A DNA stretch of 60,561 nt, counting the filler. It is 10 parts of 10 records of this genome, joined end to end, with 100 filler letters (N's around TTAATTAATTAA, not from the genome) between each part and the next. Parts side by side here need not be neighbours in the genome. Positions count along the whole stretch, not along the records: positions 1 to 7,052 come from SRR31147125_300294; positions 7,153 to 12,936 come from SRR31147125_301220; 8 more parts are not named here. The stretch is one strand, 5' to 3'. The notes under the pieces are model-generated. The model was not told the DNA's origin, did not search any database, and was given only the letters and a program-made list of their open reading frames with translations. The translations under genes and the position numbers were made by a program. Of the stretch, positions 1-7,640 are shown one piece after another. Numbering within the stretch: position 1 is the first letter of the stretch; every line of letters begins with the position of its first letter.

Positions 1-84
1 CCCCCGCCCCTCCGGCGCGGACCCGGAACAGCCGCTCCTGCTGTGAGCCGCCCCCCGGATCGCACGTTGCAAGAGAAGGATCCG

Positions 85-1971
85 CTACGACAGCAGTCGC
101 GCGATGGCCTCGCCCATCCTGCTGAGGAACCCGCCACCCGCCGCCACACCGGCCTTTGATCGCCTCGCAACCCGTCGCGAAGGATCCACCTTCCCTTCCG
201 CAACCAGTCGCAAGACCTCGCAACTGATCAGATTGGCCAGATCCAGATAGCAGCTTCGCTGGAAGTGATTGGGCGAGATTTCCTTGTCGCAAGATGAAAT
301 GCAATCGGCGAAGCGAATGAAGGAAACATTCGCGACCCCGCCGAAGGCAGAACGGATTTGTTCGTTCAACCCGCGCGCCAAACGGTAAGCGTGCCGGTCG
401 ATCAGATCCGTATTGTCGAACGGCTCAACCACGATCAGCGGGCTGCCAAGCGTCTCGACCTTTTCCGCAAGCAGCTTGATGTCCTTGGCAAAGACGGCTT
501 CGCATTCCTCCGCTGTCAGTTTCTCGAAATGCGGGCCGACCTGCGCATAGTCGCCCGCCTTTACCGGCCGCTTCTCGCGGATCGACTTATACGGGTAGCT
601 CGTGAAGTCATGTTGATTGAAGCTCACGATGCTGAGCGGAAAGATCAGACCGGTTCGCCGGTTGCGATACATGCCGGTCTTCTTTTCCATGGAGAAGCTC
701 CAGGCCATGACGTCCGCCTCGCGCGAGAAGAACCGGCTGCCGAGAGCATCCAGATCGATGGCCCCAAAACCACGGGTCAGGCCCAGTTGCTTCAGGGACG
801 TGATCCCGCGCTGCGCCACCTCGTCGGCAAGCATGACGTTACGCAAAAGCGGCATGATCCCCCAGCCTTGCCGCGGATACTGGAATTCCTCCTCCAGATC
901 CATGTAAGGCCGCAGGTAGTGGCTCGACTGCGCCATTTCGCAGGGCCCGTGCAGACAGAGCAAGACATCCGGCTTTTGTGCCGGGGGTCCATCCTCCCCG
1001 GCATCCTCCCCGGCATCCTCCACCACCGAGATCCAGTCGACGAGTTGCTTGCGTTCGAGCGTACCGGCAACCGGCTCCGACAGTTTGAAGGAAGGAAAAC
1101 CCAGCGTCTGAAACACGAACTGCTCAACCCCCATGTTCATGGCGCGGCAGGAGAACAGGAAATGCTCCAGATGGTTGTGTCTCAAGGCCTCATAGAAACC
1201 GCAGATGCCGTAATAGCCGTAACGGTCCCGCACCTTGACGTAAGCCGCATGGCGGACGTGCTCGGTGCGCACTTCCTCGTCGTAGGCGGCCCGCGCAACC
1301 TCCGGGTCCGGGTCCCAGCGGTTCTTGGTGAAGTTCAGCTGGTTCGTCCGGTTCACCAGATCATGGATGCGTTCGAAATTCTCCTCGATGTCGAAATGAA
1401 ACGAGATCTTGATCTCGCAGGAGCGGAGAAAGTCCTCTTTCACATCCGCAGCAGCGATTTCCCCCTGCTTCGTTTGCAGGACCCGGTAGCGCTCAAGCCG
1501 GGCCAGTTCCGGATCGGGCTTTCCCCGCAATTGCGGATGATCGAAAAGCTGGCCAATGATGTGCTCGCTGGCCACGTTGATGCCATCGACCAGTTCCCCC
1601 ACCTCGCCGCGATTGAAAGCATTGTCATCGATGAACAACGCTGAGGGCGCACGCAGTCCCATCTGCTCCAGCATCGCCTTCACAAGCCCGGACTTGTTCT
1701 TGTAGGCAACGGCTGGAAAGACGAACCACTGCCACAGGTCCTCCGCCTCGAGACGTGCGCGAACCCGTGAAAGCTCATTCTTGGAGCAGATCGACGACAC
1801 GATCCCGCGCCCGGCCAGTTCCCTGATCAGGCACACATGATGTTCGGGGATCGATACTTCCCCCTCTTCGAGAGTGCCGTTCCAGAAGGTCTCGTCCATG
1901 TCCCAGATGACCAGACGGATATCTTCTGCAAAAACGGCACGTCCCGGCCCTTTGGCGGACCACTCGTCCAA
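85..1971 (-). CDS. FkbH-like HAD-IIIC family phosphatase/acyltransferase with an extra C-terminal SGNH-like domain
   Basis: HAD motif I RLVIWDMDETFW, SICSKN, LFIDDNAFNR, RTNQLNFTK and FLFSCRAMNMGVEQ are typical of FkbH-like proteins. Start codon (TTG) uncertain. Confidence 0.8.
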   Translation of the reverse strand: MDEWSAKGPGRAVFAEDIRLVIWDMDETFWNGTLEEGEVSIPEHHVCLIRELAGRGIVSSICSKNELSRVRARLEAEDLWQWFVFPAVAYKNKSGLVKAMLEQMGLRAPSALFIDDNAFNRGEVGELVDGINVASEHIIGQLFDHPQLRGKPDPELARLERYRVLQTKQGEIAAADVKEDFLRSCEIKISFHFDIEENFERIHDLVNRTNQLNFTKNRWDPDPEVARAAYDEEVRTEHVRHAAYVKVRDRYGYYGICGFYEALRHNHLEHFLFSCRAMNMGVEQFVFQTLGFPSFKLSEPVAGTLERKQLVDWISVVEDAGEDAGEDGPPAQKPDVLLCLHGPCEMAQSSHYLRPYMDLEEEFQYPRQGWGIMPLLRNVMLADEVAQRGITSLKQLGLTRGFGAIDLDALGSRFFSREADVMAWSFSMEKKTGMYRNRRTGLIFPLSIVSFNQHDFTSYPYKSIREKRPVKAGDYAQVGPHFEKLTAEECEAVFAKDIKLLAEKVETLGSPLIVVEPFDNTDLIDRHAYRLARGLNEQIRSAFGGVANVSFIRFADCISSCDKEISPNHFQRSCYLDLANLISCEVLRLVAEGKVDPSRRVARRSKAGVAAGGGFLSRMGEAIARLLS

Positions 1972-2117
1972 ACTGCACCCCTCCCGAATTCTCCGGGAGA
2001 CAAGCTATGTCATCAAGGTTGCGTCGTCCATCACCTGCCAACTCCCGTGCAGGCGGTCGCAGCGGACGCGAGCCTGCGATCCGGGCAAGTCATGCGAGCT
2101 CCACGTCCCATACGATA

Positions 2118-2145
2118 AAGCCCGGACGGTTTCCCGCCCGGGCTT
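2118..2145 (-). terminator. Probable Rho-independent terminator after the ABC solute-binding gene
   Basis: GC hairpin AAGCCCGG...CCGGGCTT 36 nt past the stop at 2182, with a short T run on the minus strand. Confidence 0.6.
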
Positions 2146-2181
2146 CAATGCTTCGCTTAACTCACGCCGAAACGTGAGAGC

Positions 2182-3429
2182 TTATTTCATGCCGAGTTCG
2201 GCACGCACGTTCTCAGCCGTCGCCTTCATCGTCTCTGCCGGATCGGCGCCATCGCGCACTTCCACCAGAGCGGCAGCGATCTCGTCGGTCACGGCAACGC
2301 CGTTCGGACCCGGATAGGCGTACCAAGGACCAGCGTGGTTCGCGATCTGGGTGTGGGCCACCAGCGAGTTCGGGTTCTTCTTGTAGAACTCGCCGAGATA
2401 GGCGTCATCGCGAACGAGAATGGCGTTGGCCGGAGCGTAGCCGGTGTTCTCAACGATGATCTTCTGGCCGACGGGGCCGGTCACGAAGGCGATGTAGTCC
2501 CAGGTAGCCTTCTGCTTGGCTTCGTCCTTGCTCAGCATGACGATGCCGGAGCCGCCAGTCGGGAAGTAGATGGAGGCCTGATCTTCGGCCACCAGCGGAA
2601 CGCCCTTCACGACGACCTTGAACCGGTCGCCCGCAGCCGTCTCGAAGCGGGCCTGCAGGGAGGAGCTTTCCAGCATGATGCCGAGCGTGCCGGCCGGGAA
2701 GGCCTGACGGGCGTCATTCGCGCCGTAGGGCTTCATGCCCGCTTCCTTGGCGAAACGCTGGTAGAGACCCGCCGCCGCAATACCGGCTTCGCCGTCAAAG
2801 GTCACGTCGCTTTCATCGGCGTTCAGCGGACGTCCGCCATGGGCGCCGAGCAGGGACTGATAGCGCCAGTCATGCGGCTCGATCCAGATACCGTCGATGG
2901 TGCTGTCCAGAGCGTTGATCTTGGCGGCCAGTTCGATGATCCCGTCGAAATCGGTCGGGAAATCATCCATCGATCCCCCGGCCTTCTTCACCAGTTCCGG
3001 GTTCACATACATGACCAGCGTGGAAGCAGACGTCGCAAGGCCGTGCTGCTTGCCCTTGTAGGTGCCCAGCGACAGAAGCGCGGGCGTATAGCCCTGCCCT
3101 TCCGGGTTGTCGCCGATGAACGCGTCGAGCGGCTGCGTCATGCCGCGGTCTTCAAGGATGCGCAGACGGTTCAGGCCCACATAGGCCACGTCCGGCGTAT
3201 CATTCGCCACGTTCTGGCGCAGCAGGCGCTGCACGCCTTCCGCGTAGGTGTCGGCCGGACCATCGAGCTTGATGGTCACGTCCGGATGGGACTTCATGAA
3301 TTCCTCGGCGAGGATTTCCTGCGTCGCGGTCCAGATATTCGGATTGGCGTAATCGACCCGGATGGTGGTCTGTGCCATAGCCGCAGTGGACGCAAGCGCG
3401 AAGGCTGCGGCAACGAATGCGGTTTTCAT
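2182..3429 (-). CDS. ABC transporter solute-binding protein (CUT1, UgpB-like)
   Basis: Signal peptide MKTAFVAAAFALASTAAMA|Q; SBP_bac_1-like sequence; last gene of the ABC operon. Confidence 0.9.
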   Translation of the reverse strand: MKTAFVAAAFALASTAAMAQTTIRVDYANPNIWTATQEILAEEFMKSHPDVTIKLDGPADTYAEGVQRLLRQNVANDTPDVAYVGLNRLRILEDRGMTQPLDAFIGDNPEGQGYTPALLSLGTYKGKQHGLATSASTLVMYVNPELVKKAGGSMDDFPTDFDGIIELAAKINALDSTIDGIWIEPHDWRYQSLLGAHGGRPLNADESDVTFDGEAGIAAAGLYQRFAKEAGMKPYGANDARQAFPAGTLGIMLESSSLQARFETAAGDRFKVVVKGVPLVAEDQASIYFPTGGSGIVMLSKDEAKQKATWDYIAFVTGPVGQKIIVENTGYAPANAILVRDDAYLGEFYKKNPNSLVAHTQIANHAGPWYAYPGPNGVAVTDEIAAALVEVRDGADPAETMKATAENVRAELGMK

Positions 3430-3524
3430 GTGAACGGCTCTCCTGTTTGCATCAGCCGGCCTTGCGACCGGCTATCGAACCCATCGACACGGTTGGTTCC
3501 GTGTTCATTGCGGTTATCAGTCCA

Positions 3525-4388
3525 TCAGCCCTTGAGACCGGCGGTCGCCAGCCCTTGGGTGAATTTGCGCTGTGCGATCAGGAAGGCGACGACGAGCGGC
3601 GCCGTGATGATCACGGTTGCGGCCATCAGCGGCCCGACCTGATTGCCGGCCTCCTGATCGCGGAAGTAGAGGATGCCGCGCGGCGGCGTCGCCAGATGCG
3701 GATCACTGGTGGCGATCATCGGCCAGAACAGGTCGTTCCAGTGCGCGGTGACGGAAAAGATCGCAAAGGCTGTCGCCGCGGGCAGCACCAGCGGAAAGGC
3801 GATGCGCCACACGATCTCCGTCTCAGACATCCCGTCCACCCGCGCCGCCGCAAACAGTTCCGAAGGAAGCTGCGAGATGGCCTGACGGAAAAGGAACAGC
3901 CCGAAAGCCGTCGGCATGAACGGCAGGATCAGCGACCAGTAGGTGTTGAGGAGATGCACCTTGGCCATCCCGAGGAAGACCGGGATCGCCGTCACCTGAA
4001 ACGGCACGAGAAGCCCGCCCAGCACCATGGCGAAAAGCACCGGCTTTGCCCGGAAATCGCGCTGCGCCAGCGCATAGGAGCAGGGCACCGCGAAGATGAT
4101 CTGGAAGAACAGGATGCCGCCGACCACGATCAGGCCGTTGAGCAGGTAGCGCGGCACATCCGTCTGCGTCATCGCGACGACGTAGTTCGACCATTCCGGC
4201 GAGGACGGCAGCAGGTGAATGACGGGGGCGAAGATCTCGTCCTCGGGCTTCAGCGAAAGCGAGACCATCCACACGAAGGGCAGAAGAATGAAGGCCGCAC
4301 CCGCCAGCAGCAGCACGAGCGGAATGGCGCGCACGATGAGACGGCGCAGACGAAGCGGCGAGGACTTGGAGGAAAGATGCGAGCTCAT
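3525..4388 (-). CDS. Carbohydrate ABC transporter permease (UgpE/MalG-like)
   Basis: EAA loop LPSELFAAARVDGMSE and WNDLFWP. True start is ATG 4388 (MSSHLSS), overlapping the upstream permease stop; the 648-aa ORF in the track is overextended. Confidence 0.9.
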   Translation of the reverse strand: MSSHLSSKSSPLRLRRLIVRAIPLVLLLAGAAFILLPFVWMVSLSLKPEDEIFAPVIHLLPSSPEWSNYVVAMTQTDVPRYLLNGLIVVGGILFFQIIFAVPCSYALAQRDFRAKPVLFAMVLGGLLVPFQVTAIPVFLGMAKVHLLNTYWSLILPFMPTAFGLFLFRQAISQLPSELFAAARVDGMSETEIVWRIAFPLVLPAATAFAIFSVTAHWNDLFWPMIATSDPHLATPPRGILYFRDQEAGNQVGPLMAATVIITAPLVVAFLIAQRKFTQGLATAGLKG

Positions 4389-5296
4389 CGGTAATGCACC
4401 TTTCTCTCGACGATCCGGAACTGGGCGAAGGTGAGCGCGATCAGGAAGACGAAGAGCACGACCGTGATCGCGCTGGCATAGCCCGCCTTGAAGTAGACGA
4501 AGCCTTCCCGGTAGAGCGCATAGACGAGCGTGTCGGACGCATAGGCCGGGCCGCCCTTGGTCAGCGTCGCGACCGTCTCGTAGACCCGAAAGGCATTGGA
4601 TGCGGTGACCACCATGACGAAGAGCGTGGTCGGCCCGAGCATCGGCCATGTCACCGTCCAGAAGCGGGACCAGGCATCGCCCGCCCCGTCCACTTCCGCC
4701 GCCTCGTAGAGGTCCTTGGGAATGGCGACGAGACCGGCCAGAAACAGCACCATGTTGTAGCCGACGGTCTGCCAGATACCGATCATGGCGAGCGTGTAGA
4801 GCACCAGCCCGCGGTCGCTCAGCCAGTTCTCCGGAGTTCCGCCGAGTGCTGCCAGCATGTGGTTGACGATGCCGAGCGAGGGATGGAGCACCATCTGCCA
4901 GGCGACCGACATGGCGACCAGCGTCGCCGTGACGGGCAGGAAATAGACCGTCCGGAGTGCGCTGGCGAAACGCGGGGCCCAGTTCACCATGCGATGCAGG
5001 CCCATGGCGACGAGAAGGCCGAAACCGACCGAGAACGGAATGACGATCGACACGTAGATCAGCGTGTTGACCATCGCCCGACGCCCGATGCGCGAGCCGA
5101 ACATCTTCGCGTAGTTGTCGAAGCCGATCCAGTTGAAGGACGAAGCGCCGAACTGGTAGTCGGTGAAGGACAGGAACGCCACGACGGCGACCGGCAGGAA
5201 GATGAAGAGCACGAGCACGCCGATCCCGGGCCCTGTCAGCCACACGGTCGTCAGCGCCTCGCGCCGGTCTATGGACATTCGCGGCAAGAGCGCCAT
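4385..5296 (-). CDS. Carbohydrate ABC transporter permease (UgpA/MalF-like)
   Basis: EAA loop IPKDLYEAAEVDGA; six hydrophobic segments. Confidence 0.9.
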   Translation of the reverse strand: MALLPRMSIDRREALTTVWLTGPGIGVLVLFIFLPVAVVAFLSFTDYQFGASSFNWIGFDNYAKMFGSRIGRRAMVNTLIYVSIVIPFSVGFGLLVAMGLHRMVNWAPRFASALRTVYFLPVTATLVAMSVAWQMVLHPSLGIVNHMLAALGGTPENWLSDRGLVLYTLAMIGIWQTVGYNMVLFLAGLVAIPKDLYEAAEVDGAGDAWSRFWTVTWPMLGPTTLFVMVVTASNAFRVYETVATLTKGGPAYASDTLVYALYREGFVYFKAGYASAITVVLFVFLIALTFAQFRIVERKVHYR

Positions 5297-6444
5297 CAGA
5301 CCGCCCTCCCCGCGACCGGCTGGGTCTCTTCGTCAACCGCAAGCTCGATGCGCTTGCCGCTTGCCGGGTCGAAGGCATGGAGCCGGTGCGGCTCATAACC
5401 GAGGCGAACACGGCTTCCGGGTGCGGGGACATGATATTCGCCATCGGCGATGGCGCGCACCTCGTCGCCATTGTCCAGCCGCAGCATGAGAAGCGTTTCC
5501 GCCCCCAGATACTCCACCGCCTCCAGCACGCCCACCATCTGCCCGTCGTCGACCGGGTTCAGATGCTCGGGACGAATGCCATAGACGGCTTTCTCGCTGG
5601 GCAAACCCGCGGGCAGATTGTCGGCCTCGAAGAAATTGATGGCGTTATGGCCGATAAAAGCCGCGACATCGCGCGAGGCAGGCAGTTCGTAAAGCTCGCG
5701 CGGACTTCCCGCCTGCGCGATCTTGCCCGCGATCATCACCACGATCTGGTCCGCCATGGCCATGGCTTCCGACTGGTCGTGCGTCACATAGACGAAGGCC
5801 TTGCCGGTGCGCGCATGAAGCGCCACGAGCTCGGTACGCATGCGCACCCTGAGCCGGGCATCAAGATTGGACAGCGGCTCGTCGAGCAGGAAAACTTCCG
5901 GATCGCGAACGAGAGCGCGCCCGAGCGCCACACGCTGCTTCTGGCCGCCGGAAAGTTGCGCGGGCTTTCGCTGCAACAGATCGCCCAGGCCGAGCGTTTC
6001 TGCCGTCTCCGTCACCTTGGCGTTAATCTCTCTACGCACGCGACGCACACCGGGAGACAGGAGCCCGGCAAGCGGCAACCGCCCCCAAACGCTCAGACGG
6101 CGCATGGCCAGCGGCAGGGCCATGTTTTCCGCCACCGTCAGGTGCGGATAGAGCGCATAGGACTGAAAAACCATCGCGATGTTGCGCTCATGGGCGGTCT
6201 GGCCGGAGACCTCCTCGCCATTGAGGCGAACCTCGCCGCAGCTCGGCCGGTCGAGCCCCGCCATGATCCGCAGGCTGGTGGACTTGCCACAGCCGGACGC
6301 ACCCAGCAGCGCGGTGAAACTGCCTGGAGGCACGTTGATGCAGATATCGTCCAGAACCAGATTGGTGCCGAAGCTGCGGCTCACGTGGTCGAACGACAGG
6401 GCAGGCGTCTGGGTCAAGGCAGGGTCCGTATCGGGGGATACCAT
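5296..6444 (-). CDS. ABC transporter ATP-binding protein (UgpC/MalK-like)
   Basis: Walker A GASGCGKS, signature LSGGQKQRVALGR, Walker B FLLDEPLSNLD, C-terminal TOBE-like region. Confidence 0.95.
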   Translation of the reverse strand: MVSPDTDPALTQTPALSFDHVSRSFGTNLVLDDICINVPPGSFTALLGASGCGKSTSLRIMAGLDRPSCGEVRLNGEEVSGQTAHERNIAMVFQSYALYPHLTVAENMALPLAMRRLSVWGRLPLAGLLSPGVRRVRREINAKVTETAETLGLGDLLQRKPAQLSGGQKQRVALGRALVRDPEVFLLDEPLSNLDARLRVRMRTELVALHARTGKAFVYVTHDQSEAMAMADQIVVMIAGKIAQAGSPRELYELPASRDVAAFIGHNAINFFEADNLPAGLPSEKAVYGIRPEHLNPVDDGQMVGVLEAVEYLGAETLLMLRLDNGDEVRAIADGEYHVPAPGSRVRLGYEPHRLHAFDPASGKRIELAVDEETQPVAGRAV

Positions 6445-6483
6445 GGAAATTTTCTAACGCTCTAACGAAGTTGAATGTACGTT

Positions 6484-7023
6484 TTATGACATCTGCACGG
6501 ATTGCAGCATGTGCTCGGCAACAAGGTCTACGGCCTCCTCCACGGACGCGGCGTGCTCTACGCCATCCACATCGGCGGCGCCTTCAAGACCGATCACCGG
6601 CTTGGAGAAATGCAGCCCGTAGGCGACCTCAGACAGCGTGCCGTAGGAATTGCCGACGGCGACCAGAACCTGGCAGGATTTTGCGATGATCATGTTGCGG
6701 GCCTCACTGAGGCCCGTTGCGATGGGCAGGGCGATGAAGTCGTTCGCCTCCCGCCAGCTATGATCGGGCACGAGCCCGATCGTCAGGCCACCCGCTTGCA
6801 GGCATCCCCGCGAAACAGCTTCCATCACGCCGCTTTTTCCTCCACACATCACGGTCAGACCGAGCCCGCCAAGCGCTGCTCCGAGCGCTTCGGCAGCCTC
6901 AAGCTGTGCCGTGGTCGCCTCCCGCGGACCAATGACGCCAACCGGAACACGGCGCGCCCTGCCACTTTCACCGATGCACTTCAACGCGGTCCTTGCGTCG
7001 ACCTCGCGCACCGATTCCGGCAT
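6484..7023 (-). CDS. TIGR00725 family (LOG-like) nucleotide-binding protein
   Basis: CGGKSGVMEAVSRG, ATGLSEARN and GTLSEVAYGL motifs. Confidence 0.85.
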   Translation of the reverse strand: MPESVREVDARTALKCIGESGRARRVPVGVIGPREATTAQLEAAEALGAALGGLGLTVMCGGKSGVMEAVSRGCLQAGGLTIGLVPDHSWREANDFIALPIATGLSEARNMIIAKSCQVLVAVGNSYGTLSEVAYGLHFSKPVIGLEGAADVDGVEHAASVEEAVDLVAEHMLQSVQMS

Positions 7024-7052
7024 TGCGACATCCGGCTTCCAGCACCAGCCCC

Positions 7053-7152
7053 NNNNNNNNNNNNNNNNNNNNNNNNNNNNNNNNNNNNNNNNNNNNTTAA
7101 TTAATTAANNNNNNNNNNNNNNNNNNNNNNNNNNNNNNNNNNNNNNNNNNNN
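7053..7152. other. Artificial contig spacer (N44-TTAATTAATTAA-N44), first of nine
   Basis: Identical six-frame-stop linker at 7053-7152, 12937-13036, 18172-18271, 23344-23443, 29062-29161, 35787-35886, 41136-41235, 46366-46465 and 53088-53187. Gene content and composition change abruptly across each. Confidence 0.99.
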
Positions 7153-7566
7153 CCCCTTATGAGCGTCCCGGTGAACGAGAAATCACGGACGTACAGTGCT
7201 CCGAGTGCGGCAAGCCGTGTACGGTGCCCTTCCGGTTCGTTCTTGTTCTGTGCACCGAGAGGAGGCGGCCTCTCATACCGCACCAGCCCAACACAAGGAC
7301 GCCCTGTCTTCTGCAATGATTGCTTTGCTTCACGACGTGGCGGTGGCGGTGGCGGGCCTCCACCCTCACGAGATCGTTATGATGATCGTCGGGACGACCG
7401 TCGTGATGACTACAAGGATGATCGCTACAGGGATGATCGTTACCGAGACGACCGTCGTGACGATAAGGATGATCGCTACCGTGACGATCGCTACCGTGAC
7501 GATCGCTACCGTGAGGATCGTCGTGACGATCGTCGTGAGGATCATCGTGACGACCGCTATCACTGA
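7153..7566 (+). CDS. Eukaryotic protein (5' partial): CxxC-x17-CxxC zinc ribbon plus Arg/Asp-rich low-complexity tail; one intron at 7235-7286
   Basis: Removing the 52-nt GTTCGT...CTCAT...CAG intron joins REITDVQCSECGKPCTVPFR to PTQGRPVFCNDCF, giving exactly 17 residues between the two CxxC pairs; followed by (RDDRY/RDDRR)n and TGA. Confidence 0.85.
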   Translation, partial: PLMSVPVNEKSRTYSAPSAASRVRCPSGSFLFCAPRGGGLSYRTSPTQGRPVFCNDCFASRRGGGGGGPPPSRDRYDDRRDDRRDDYKDDRYRDDRYRDDRRDDKDDRYRDDRYRDDRYREDRRDDRREDHRDDRYH

Positions 7567-7640
7567 ATGCTGTTGTGGGTGTGGGAGGTGTGAGGAGCAA
7601 ATGAAAAAATGATCTCGCACACATTTCCCCTGGGACAGTG

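Noticed and set aside
358-6465. Long plus-strand ORFs (358-1644, 2335-3642, 3417-4394, 4394-5398, 5377-6465)
   Set aside because: Antisense shadows of real minus-strand genes in high-GC DNA, with no recognisable motifs.
7053-7152. Recurring TTAATTAATTAA flanked by Ns as a repeat or CRISPR-like element
   Set aside because: It is a synthetic six-frame-stop contig linker. No functional link across spacers should be inferred.
7360-7563. Tandem GACGATCGCTACCGT-like repeats as a CRISPR array or satellite
   Set aside because: No unique spacers; they encode the RDDRY protein tail with synonymous variation.
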